Shown here: in pieces, positions 57,204 through 64,000 of the stretch
Layout: the number at the start of each line of letters is the position of its first letter
How positions within the stretch are numbered: position 1 is the first letter of the stretch
Source: Candidatus Saganbacteria bacterium
GTDB lineage: Bacteria > Margulisbacteria > WOR-1 > O2-12-FULL-45-9 > XYB2-FULL-48-7
Length of the DNA stretch: 64,000 bases
Assembly (NCBI GenBank): GCA_016939335.1
Contig: JAFGHC010000019.1
Location: 23,090-87,089 of the forward strand
Reading direction: 5' to 3'
Position numbers and translations under genes: made by a program
The notes under the pieces: model-generated
Database searches by the model: none
The model's input: only the letters and a program-made list of their open reading frames with translations
What the model was told of the DNA's origin: nothing

Positions 57204-57309
57204 AAAAGGTCGCCGGTTCTCCCGACGACATATTAATAATTGACATGTCGGGATCCCGATATTACACATTAAATATATTAATGTCATCGGGAAATTCCAG
57301 CCGCGGGCT
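57204..57309 (+). repeat. Duplicate of the 3' 33 nt of tRNA-Thr, split in the T-loop by a 73-nt twin-hairpin element (57220-57292)
   Basis: aaaaggtcgccggttc | tcccgac..gtcgggatcccgat..atcggga | aattccagccgcgggct. With the insert removed it matches tRNA-Thr positions 57163-57195 with one mismatch. Confidence 0.8.
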
Positions 57310-57312
57310 TGT

Positions 57313-57345
57313 CCGCCCCTGCCTGCCAGCAGGCAGGTTGGGCGG
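57313..57345 (+). terminator. GC-rich stem-loop downstream of tRNA-Thr
   Basis: cctgcctg-ccag-caggcagg forms an 8-bp stem, extended by ccgcc/ggcgg. No U-tract follows, so terminator function is uncertain. Confidence 0.3.
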
Positions 57346-57455
57346 GTTCTCCAGGGCATTCCCCAAAATTTGATTAGGGCTTTCTAATATTTTCTTCTCT
57401 CAAGCAAAAAACTAAAGAGCAACAAGAGGAATAGACTTTTTTCGTAAAGAAGGAT

Positions 57456-57631
57456 AGTGCCGGAACCCCACAATAAATTGTGGGGAATAACTGCCGGGGA
57501 TAATTCCCCACACTTCAGTGTGGGGATTCACTCCCTTTATGCTCGCAAAAAGCAAGTGCCGGAACCCCACAATAAATTGTGGGGAATAACTGCCGGGGAT
57601 AATTCCCCACACTTCAGTGTGGGGATTCACT
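57456..57631. repeat. Two identical 77-nt units (period 99 nt), each carrying two CCCCACA palindromes (REP/BIME-like cluster)
   Basis: Units 57456-57532 and 57555-57631 are identical. Each contains ccccacaat-aa-attgtgggg and tccccacac-ttca-gtgtgggga. The track ORFs across them just translate the repeat. Confidence 0.9.
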
Positions 57632-57678
57632 TTTACCGCTCATTGCCAAATTCCGGGGAAACTCCACGGCTTTTCAGC

Positions 57679-57709
57679 TTGACAACCGCCCCCTGTTTTA
57701 GGGTATAAT
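57679..57709 (+). promoter_or_regulatory. Possible tuf promoter (TTGACA-19-TATAAT)
   Basis: ttgaca at 57679-57684, tataat at 57704-57709. The spacer is longer than optimal. Confidence 0.3.
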
Positions 57710-57759
57710 GCAACGTTGCCTGAAAAAAGGTCACAAATCACTTTTAGGAGGTACGGATA

Positions 57760-58953
57760 ATGGCAAGAGAAAAATTTGAGAGGAAAAAGCCGCACGTTAA
57801 TGTCGGAACGATCGGTCACGTCGACCACGGCAAGACCACGCTGACCTCGGCGATCACCAGCGTGCTGGCCGCCAAAGGGATGGCCAAGGCCAAGAAATTC
57901 GACGAGATCGACAGCGCGCCGGAAGAAAAGGCCCGTGGCATCACCATCGCCATCGCCCATGTCGAGTACGAGACCGACAAACGGCACTACGCCCACATCG
58001 ACTGCCCGGGGCACGCCGACTACGTCAAGAACATGGTCATCGGCGCCGCCCAGATGGACGGGGCGATCCTGGTCGTGTCCGCCGCCGACGGCCCGATGCC
58101 CCAGACCCGCGAACACATCCTGCTCGCCCGCCAGGTCAACGTCCCGGCGATCGTCGTTTTCCTCAATAAGGTCGACATGGTCGACGACAAAGAGCTGATC
58201 GATCTGGTCGAGGTCGAGACCCGCGACCTGCTGACCAAGTACAACTTCCCGGGCGACAAGGTCCCGTTCGTCCGCGGCTCCGCCCTCAAAGCGATGGAAA
58301 ATCCCGACCCGAACGGTCCGGCCGCCAAGTGCATCCTCGAGCTGATGGACGCCGTCGATTCCTACATCCCTGAACCGAAGCGGCCGCTCGACCAGCCCTT
58401 CCTGATGCCGGTCGAGGACGTTTTCACCATCACCGGCCGCGGCACCGTCGGCACCGGCCGCATCACCCGCGGCAAGTGCAAGGTCGGCGAGGAAATGGAG
58501 ATCATCGGTCTCGGCTCCCATAAGAAAGCGGTCGTCACCGGCGTTGAGATGTTCCGCAAGACCCTTGACGAGGGACTGGCGGGCGATAACGTCGGCCTGC
58601 TGCTCCGCGGCGTGGAAAAAGAAGAGCTGCTGCGCGGCATGGTCATCGCCAAGCCCGGCTCGATCAAGCCGCACAAGAAATTCGAAGCCCAGGTTTACGT
58701 CCTGACCAAGGAAGAAGGCGGCCGGCACACGCCGTTCTTCAACGGTTACAAGCCGCAGTTCTTCATCAACACCACCGACGTCACCGGCGAGATCAAGCTG
58801 CCGGAAAAAGTCGAAATGGTCATGCCGGGCGACAATATCAACATGAACGTTGAGCTGATCGAAGACGTGGCGGTCGAGGAGGGCCTGCGCTTCGCTATCC
58901 GCGAAGGCGGCCGGACCGTCGGCGCCGGCGCGGTCTCAAAAATTACCGGCTGA
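57760..58953 (+). CDS. tuf: Elongation factor Tu
   Basis: [22 protein letters not shown]. Full-length 397 aa. RBS aggagg. Confidence 0.97.
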   Translation: MAREKFERKKPHVNVGTIGHVDHGKTTLTSAITSVLAAKGMAKAKKFDEIDSAPEEKARGITIAIAHVEYETDKRHYAHIDCPGHADYVKNMVIGAAQMDGAILVVSAADGPMPQTREHILLARQVNVPAIVVFLNKVDMVDDKELIDLVEVETRDLLTKYNFPGDKVPFVRGSALKAMENPDPNGPAAKCILELMDAVDSYIPEPKRPLDQPFLMPVEDVFTITGRGTVGTGRITRGKCKVGEEMEIIGLGSHKKAVVTGVEMFRKTLDEGLAGDNVGLLLRGVEKEELLRGMVIAKPGSIKPHKKFEAQVYVLTKEEGGRHTPFFNGYKPQFFINTTDVTGEIKLPEKVEMVMPGDNINMNVELIEDVAVEEGLRFAIREGGRTVGAGAVSKITG

Positions 58954-58956
58954 TAA

Positions 58957-60285
58957 TTGAGAAGCCTGTTTCGTTTCCTCAGCCTGGTGGCGGCCGTTTC
59001 ACTGGCCATCACGGTAGGCTTGGTGACTTTTGATTTCTTTCAGGCGCAAAGTAATTTCCCCTACGAAACTTTTATCGGCCAGGTCAATGTCTCCGGCCTC
59101 AATCAGGCGGAAGCTGTCCGCAAGCTGAGCCGCTTGCCCGTTTCGGAGATTTTCTCTCCCGTTGTCACGATCGAGGCCGATCGGCGGATTTTCACCTTTT
59201 CTCCCGAAGCGCTCGGCCTGGCCGTTAGTTACGACCGGACGGTCAAGCGGGTCTTCGCCGAAACCCACCGGCGGCACTATCTTAAGGAACTGAAAGAACG
59301 GCTGGAGAAGGGCCCGTTTCGCGGCCGGCTGGTCTTTTCCGTCGATCAGACGCGGCTGGTGGAAGCGATCGGGGAGCTGGCGGCCGGGATCAACACCTCG
59401 TCCAAAGACGCTTCCATTGTGCTGTATGAAGAATCGGGCGGTTACAAGATCGAGCCCGAAGAACTGGGGCGCGAAGTCATGGTGAAGGAATCGATCGAAG
59501 AGCTTCTGGCGCTGCTGGCGGCCGGGGGGAAAACTTTTCCCCTGATCGTCAATTATTCGGCGCCCCGGGTCACGGAGGAAGAACTGCGCGCTTTCCCGCC
59601 GGTGCACCGGCTGGCGGCTTACACAACTTACTACGGCAAGCACGACTCCCCCAACCGTATTCACAATATCAAGCTGATCGCCTCCTGGCTCGAGGGGACG
59701 CTCCTGCTTTCGGGCGAAACCTTTTCCCTGAACGACAAGCTCGGTGAATTGACGCCGGAACGCGGCTTCAAGGAAGCCTACACAATCATTGGCGGCGAAC
59801 TGTCCCCCCAGCTGGGGGGCGGGGCCTGTCAGATCGCCACCACGCTGTACAACGCCGCTTCGCTGGCCGATCTCGGCGTGACGGAGAGAAAGAACCATTC
59901 TTTTTATTTCAACATCTACCCGCTGGGGCGCGACGCGGCCGTCTATCCGGGCCAGGTGGACTTTAAATTCGCCAATAACTCCGGCCATCCGGTGCTCATC
60001 AAAGCGGTCGCCACCAACCGGCGCCTTTCTTTCCGGATCTACGGCACGCCCAACGGCAGGGAAGTCAGGTTTTCTCCCCCCCGGGTCGAACTACTGGACA
60101 ACGGCAAATACCGCCCCGCCTCGATCAAGGCGGTTTTAGCGTCGGACCTGCCATTCAAGACGACGCTCACCCGTGCGGTTTACGATTCCGCGGGCAAACT
60201 GCTTGATGAGGAAGTCGTCCGCAGCTATTACAAACTTTACGGGGAAAAATCTAACGTGCCGATCGCCCGCCCGGAGCCGCGATGA
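58957..60285 (+). CDS. VanW-family protein
   Basis: N-terminal TM helix. TFSLNDKLGELTPERGFKEAY...GGGACQIATTLYNAA VanW core. TTG start. Confidence 0.75.
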   Translation: MRSLFRFLSLVAAVSLAITVGLVTFDFFQAQSNFPYETFIGQVNVSGLNQAEAVRKLSRLPVSEIFSPVVTIEADRRIFTFSPEALGLAVSYDRTVKRVFAETHRRHYLKELKERLEKGPFRGRLVFSVDQTRLVEAIGELAAGINTSSKDASIVLYEESGGYKIEPEELGREVMVKESIEELLALLAAGGKTFPLIVNYSAPRVTEEELRAFPPVHRLAAYTTYYGKHDSPNRIHNIKLIASWLEGTLLLSGETFSLNDKLGELTPERGFKEAYTIIGGELSPQLGGGACQIATTLYNAASLADLGVTERKNHSFYFNIYPLGRDAAVYPGQVDFKFANNSGHPVLIKAVATNRRLSFRIYGTPNGREVRFSPPRVELLDNGKYRPASIKAVLASDLPFKTTLTRAVYDSAGKLLDEEVVRSYYKLYGEKSNVPIARPEPR

Positions 60286-61067
60286 ACCAGCGCACCATCG
60301 CCCGCCCGGTCTCCCTGAAAGGGATCGGCCTGCACAGCGGGAAAGAGTCCGAAGTCATAATGGCGCCGGCGGAGGCCGGGGCCGGGATCACGATTAACGG
60401 CATACCGGCGATCATCAGCAACGTTACGTCGACCGACCGGGCCACAACGATCGGCGGGGTAGCCTTGGTCGAGCACCTGCTGTCGGCGGCCTACGGTTTA
60501 GGCATCGACAATCTGAAGGTCGCGGTCACCGGCCCGGAACTGCCGATCGGCGACGGAAGCGCCCTCCCCTTTGCGCAAGCGCTGGAGCAGGCCGGCCCGG
60601 TGGAACAGCCGGCGGAACGACTTTACTATGAACTCAAGGAAAATATCACCGTAAAAGAAGGGGAAGCCCTGCTGGCCGCCCGCCCTTTTGATGGATTTAA
60701 GGTCGAATTTATGGTAAAATTTGAAGGCTTTGGCGAGCAAACGCTGATTTTTGACCCGTCCCGGCAGTCATATTTGAAAGAAATCGCGCCGGCCAGGACT
60801 TTCGGGCGCTTAAGCGAGGCGGAAGCGTTGAAGCGGCAAGGTTTGGCGCTGGGCGCCTCCTTGGGCAACGCGCTGGTGCTCGGCAAGGACGGCTACGTCA
60901 ACGAACCGCGCTTCCCCGATGAGCCGGTGCGCCACAAGCTCCTCGATCTGATCGGCGATCTGGCTTTGCTCGGCCGGCCGCTGTGCGCCGCGCTCAAGGC
61001 GGAGCGCTCCGGGCATAAATTAAACACTGAACTGGTAAGGAGGCTGCTGGCAAATGACCGAACTTGA
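60282..61067 (+). CDS. lpxC: UDP-3-O-acyl-N-acetylglucosamine deacetylase (short form)
   Basis: [36 protein letters not shown]. Confidence 0.8.
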   Translation: MNQRTIARPVSLKGIGLHSGKESEVIMAPAEAGAGITINGIPAIISNVTSTDRATTIGGVALVEHLLSAAYGLGIDNLKVAVTGPELPIGDGSALPFAQALEQAGPVEQPAERLYYELKENITVKEGEALLAARPFDGFKVEFMVKFEGFGEQTLIFDPSRQSYLKEIAPARTFGRLSEAEALKRQGLALGASLGNALVLGKDGYVNEPRFPDEPVRHKLLDLIGDLALLGRPLCAALKAERSGHKLNTELVRRLLANDRT

Positions 61068-62328
61068 CATCAAAGAGATCTCGCGAACGATCCCTCATCG
61101 TTATCCTTTCCTGCTGATCGACCGGGTGATCGAGCTTGAGGAGGGCAAACGGGCGGTGGCGATCAAGAATGTCACGATAAATGAACCGCATTTCATGGGC
61201 CATTTCCCCGGTATCCCGATCATGCCCGGTGTTCTGATCATCGAGGCCCTTGCCCAGGTCGGTTGCGTCATGGCCCTGCGTCAGCCGTCAGCCGAAGGGA
61301 AGATCGTTCTATTCGCCGGGATCGACGGCGTTCGCTTCCGCCGCCAGGTCGTCCCCGGCGACCAGCTTCGGCTGGAGGTCGAAACTCTCTGGGTGCGCGG
61401 TCAGCTCGGTAAAATGAAAGGCAGGGCGACCGTTAACGGCGAACTGGCCGCGGAAGGAGACTTCACCTTTTCTCTGGCAGATCCGGCCGGCGGCATCAAG
61501 GTCCATCCGGCAGCTACCGTCCACAAGAACGCCGTGCTGGGCAAGAACGTGGAGATCGGGCCGGACAGCGTGATCGGCCCTGACGTCAAGCTCGGCGACG
61601 GGACCAGGGTCGGCGCTCATTGCCTGATCACCGGCTGGGCGACTATCGGCAAGGACAATGTCATTCATAACGGCGCGGCGATCGGCCTGCCGCCGCAGGA
61701 CGTCAAGTACAAAGGGGAAAAGGGCGAGATCCTGATCGGCGACCGTAATACCATCCGGGAGTTTGTCACCATTCACACTCCGTCGGCCGGCGGCGCGACC
61801 GTGATCGGCAACGATAATTTCATTATGGTCCACGCCCACATCCCGCACAACTGCCAGATCGGCAGCCAGGTCATCGTCGGCGGCTACGCCGGCCTGGCCG
61901 GCTATACGGAGCTCGGCGACCAGTCGGTCATCGGCGGCCTGGCCGGCATCCACCAGTACGTCAGGATCGGCCGGCTGACGATGGTCGGCGCCCAGTCAAA
62001 AGTCACCCAGGACGTCCCGCCCTTCATGCTGGTCGAAGGGAACCCGGCGCAGGTGCGCGGCATCAATTCCGTCGGTATCCAGCGGCGCGGCATTTCGCAG
62101 GACGGCCAGTCGGAGATCAAAAAAGCATTCCGCCTCCTCTATGAGTCGGGCCATAACACCGCCGAGGCGGTCCGCGAGATCAAAAAGCGGCTGCGCCCCC
62201 TGCCGGAGATCGAACAGCTCGTCAGCTTCCTGGAAGAAGAGAGCCACCGCGGCATCAGCAAAAAGACGGCGCTGGAACGCGAGGCCGAGGAGCTGCTCCT
62301 GCCGGAGATCCCCGAACTGGGCATTTGA
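61054..62328 (+). CDS. fabZ/lpxA: Fusion protein: 3-hydroxyacyl-ACP dehydratase FabZ (N) + UDP-GlcNAc acyltransferase LpxA (C)
   Basis: N-terminal [13 protein letters not shown]...[26 protein letters not shown] (FabZ hotdog). From ~aa 150 there are left-handed beta-helix hexapeptides and an LpxA-type tail ([24 protein letters not shown]). One uninterrupted frame. Confidence 0.85.
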   Translation: MTELDIKEISRTIPHRYPFLLIDRVIELEEGKRAVAIKNVTINEPHFMGHFPGIPIMPGVLIIEALAQVGCVMALRQPSAEGKIVLFAGIDGVRFRRQVVPGDQLRLEVETLWVRGQLGKMKGRATVNGELAAEGDFTFSLADPAGGIKVHPAATVHKNAVLGKNVEIGPDSVIGPDVKLGDGTRVGAHCLITGWATIGKDNVIHNGAAIGLPPQDVKYKGEKGEILIGDRNTIREFVTIHTPSAGGATVIGNDNFIMVHAHIPHNCQIGSQVIVGGYAGLAGYTELGDQSVIGGLAGIHQYVRIGRLTMVGAQSKVTQDVPPFMLVEGNPAQVRGINSVGIQRRGISQDGQSEIKKAFRLLYESGHNTAEAVREIKKRLRPLPEIEQLVSFLEEESHRGISKKTALEREAEELLLPEIPELGI

Positions 62329-62332
62329 TGAA

Positions 62333-62378
62333 TCCCCACACCAACGCCCGAAGCGCGGTTGAACTTTTGGTATGGGGA
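62333..62378. repeat. Imperfect CCCCACACCAA hairpin between lpxA and lpxB
   Basis: tccccacaccaa ... ttggtatgggga has one mismatch. The arm sequence is the same as the 40862-40913 hairpin. The right arm overlaps the lpxB RBS and start. Confidence 0.5.
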
Positions 62379-63502
62379 TGAAGATCATGATCTCCGCCGG
62401 AGAGGTCTCCGGCGACGTTCATGGCGCGCACCTGGTCAACGAGCTCAAAAAACTGCGTCCTGATGCTGAATTTTTTGGCGTCGGCTCCGGGCGGCTGGCC
62501 GCCGCCGGCGTTGATGTCCGCTTCGACATCAGCCGGCGCGGCACGATCGGTATTTTTGAAGCACTGCCCAATCTCCTTCCGCTCCTCGCCGCCTTCCGCC
62601 AGATCAAAAAAATGGTCCTCGCTGAAAAGCCGGACCTCGTTATCCTGATCGATTCCCAGGGGATCAATTTCCCGCTGGCTAAATTTTGTAAAAAAGCCGG
62701 CCTGAAGACGGTTTATTATATCGCCCCACAAGAATGGCTCTGGGGCACGCCCAAAAACGTCAAATTAGTGGCGGAAACCGTCGGACTGATCGTTGCGATC
62801 TTTCCGAAAGAATTAGCCGCCTATAAAAAGGCCGGCGCTAACGTCGTCTATTTCGGCCACCCGCTCGTTGATATAGTTAAACCGACGATGAGCCGGGAAG
62901 CGGCCCGCGCGAAATTCGCGGCGCGCGGCGCGAAATACGTGATCTCACTTTGCCCCGGCAGCCGCACGCAGGAGCTGAAAACGCTCTGGCCGGTCTTGTC
63001 CGCCGCCGCCAGGCTGATCGCCGCACAGCTGCCCGGCACAAAATTTATCGTCCCGTCGGCTTTGCGCGCCGGCCCAAGCTTCGCCCCCGGCGATTTTCCT
63101 GTTGTTCACGACGATACTTATAATGCTTTGTCCTGCTCCGACCTGGCGCTCTGCGCCTCCGGGACGATCAATCTTGAGGCGTCTCTGCTCGGTATCCCCA
63201 ACATCATGGCTTACAAGCTGTCGTGGCCGACTTATCTCATCGGGAAATATCTGCTGAAGATCGACAAGAAAATTAAATATTTTTCGATGCCGAACATTTT
63301 ACTCGACGAGAAAATTATCCCCGAGCTGGTGATGGGCGACGCCACCCCCCGGACGATCGCGGCCGCCGCGCTGGAGATCTTACGCGACCCGGACCGTCAA
63401 GCCGCCATGAAAAAAGCCTTCGCGCGCCTGAAGACCGGGCTCGGCGCCCCCGGCGCGGTCCGCCGCGCGGCCAGCGCTATCGTTAACTTTGCGGCCGCTT
63501 AA
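62378..63502 (+). CDS. lpxB: Lipid-A-disaccharide synthase
   Basis: MKIMISAGEVSGDVHGA opening and GT19-like body. I prefer the second ATG (62378) to 62372. Confidence 0.85.
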   Translation: MKIMISAGEVSGDVHGAHLVNELKKLRPDAEFFGVGSGRLAAAGVDVRFDISRRGTIGIFEALPNLLPLLAAFRQIKKMVLAEKPDLVILIDSQGINFPLAKFCKKAGLKTVYYIAPQEWLWGTPKNVKLVAETVGLIVAIFPKELAAYKKAGANVVYFGHPLVDIVKPTMSREAARAKFAARGAKYVISLCPGSRTQELKTLWPVLSAAARLIAAQLPGTKFIVPSALRAGPSFAPGDFPVVHDDTYNALSCSDLALCASGTINLEASLLGIPNIMAYKLSWPTYLIGKYLLKIDKKIKYFSMPNILLDEKIIPELVMGDATPRTIAAAALEILRDPDRQAAMKKAFARLKTGLGAPGAVRRAASAIVNFAAA

Positions 63503-63549
63503 GCCGCGCTTTCACAACTCAATCATAAATGTTATAATGTTTCATCACT

Positions 63550-64000
63550 ATGGCTATCCCGTTTTTTGACATCACCAGGCAAAACTCCGCCCTGCGCCAG
63601 GAAATAGACTCCGCTCTCGCCCGGGTCGTCGACAAGGGGCATTTCATCCTCGGCGAGAATGTCGCCGCGCTGGAAAAAGAGTTCGCCGCCTACTGCGGGA
63701 CCAAGTTTGCCGTCGGCGTCGCCTCCGGCACCGATGCCCTCCACCTGGCGCTCCGGGCCGCCGGGATCCAGCCCGGCGATGAGGTGATCACCTCCCCTTT
63801 CACCTTTGTCGCCACCGCGGAGGCGATCAAATATTGCGGCGCTACCCCAGTTTTTGCTGATATAGAGCCAAATACCTTTAATATTGACCCCGTCCAGGCC
63901 GCCAAAAAGATCACCAAAAAGACCAGGGCCATCCTCCCGGTCCACCTCTACGGGCTGGCTTGCGATATGGCAAAACTCTCTAATTTGGCTAAAGAACATG
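63550..64000 (+). CDS. DegT/DnrJ/EryC1/StrS-family sugar aminotransferase, N-terminal part (runs off the window)
   Basis: Not in the ORF track because it has no stop. ATG 63550 gives MAIPFFDITRQNSALRQEIDSALARVVDKGHFILGENVAALEKEFAAYCGTKFAVGVASGTDALHLAL... Confidence 0.8.
   Translation, partial: MAIPFFDITRQNSALRQEIDSALARVVDKGHFILGENVAALEKEFAAYCGTKFAVGVASGTDALHLALRAAGIQPGDEVITSPFTFVATAEAIKYCGATPVFADIEPNTFNIDPVQAAKKITKKTRAILPVHLYGLACDMAKLSNLAKEH

Noticed and set aside
57456-57631. Possible CRISPR array, because identical repeats are separated by unique sequence.
   Set aside because: There are only two units. The units are 77 nt long with internal double palindromes. The spacer is 22 nt, and there are no cas genes or leader. 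This fits a REP/BIME-type repeat better.
57412-57708. Track ORFs 57412-57630 (minus) and 57457-57708 (plus), which encode the duplicated peptide NPHTEVWGIIPGSYSPQFIVGFRH.
   Set aside because: The internal duplication simply mirrors the 77-nt DNA repeat. There is no RBS and the sequence is palindromic, so I treat this as non-coding repeat DNA.

Overview
High-GC chromosomal segment from a diderm, probably uncultivated bacterium; I cannot assign a taxon from the sequence alone. The backbone is housekeeping. It carries lipid A genes (lpxC, a fused fabZ-lpxA, lpxB), AsmA, SLH-domain envelope proteins and a PorV-like barrel. It also carries a type II fatty-acid synthesis cluster (plsX-fabH ... fabD-fabG-acpP-fabK-fabF). 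That cluster is interrupted by an acyl-CoA dehydrogenase/EtfBA module and by two opposite-strand, lower-GC genes. Other backbone genes are aroE, plsC, radA, clpC, smc, metK, a Xer-type recombinase, rpmF, pyrE, tRNA-Thr and tuf.

The main accessory region is a visibly AT-rich island of about 7.3 kb (about 45.1-52.5 kb) next to tRNA-Tyr. It is bracketed by a ~165-bp direct repeat that duplicates a 42-aa basic ORF. Inside are an intact tRNA-Tyr, a 55-bp copy of the tRNA 3' half (att-like), a truncated integrase, a GNAT toxin pair, a PIN-like gene and a HEPN gene.

My best candidate for an undescribed system sits in this island. It is a promoter-equipped two-gene cassette encoding an RHH/winged-helix DNA-binding protein and a 758-aa GHKL ATPase with no recognisable effector domain.

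Other points of interest:
- Small twin-hairpin elements sit exactly in loop positions of decayed tRNA copies (Tyr and Thr).
- A CCCCACAC palindrome family has one perfect 28-nt copy in frame where the hinge of an unusually short SMC should be.
- A protein with about 15 tandem repeats is translationally coupled to smc.
- A beta-barrel-SLH protein has its domains in the reverse order to OmpM.

All functional calls come from motif reading by eye. No database search was run.
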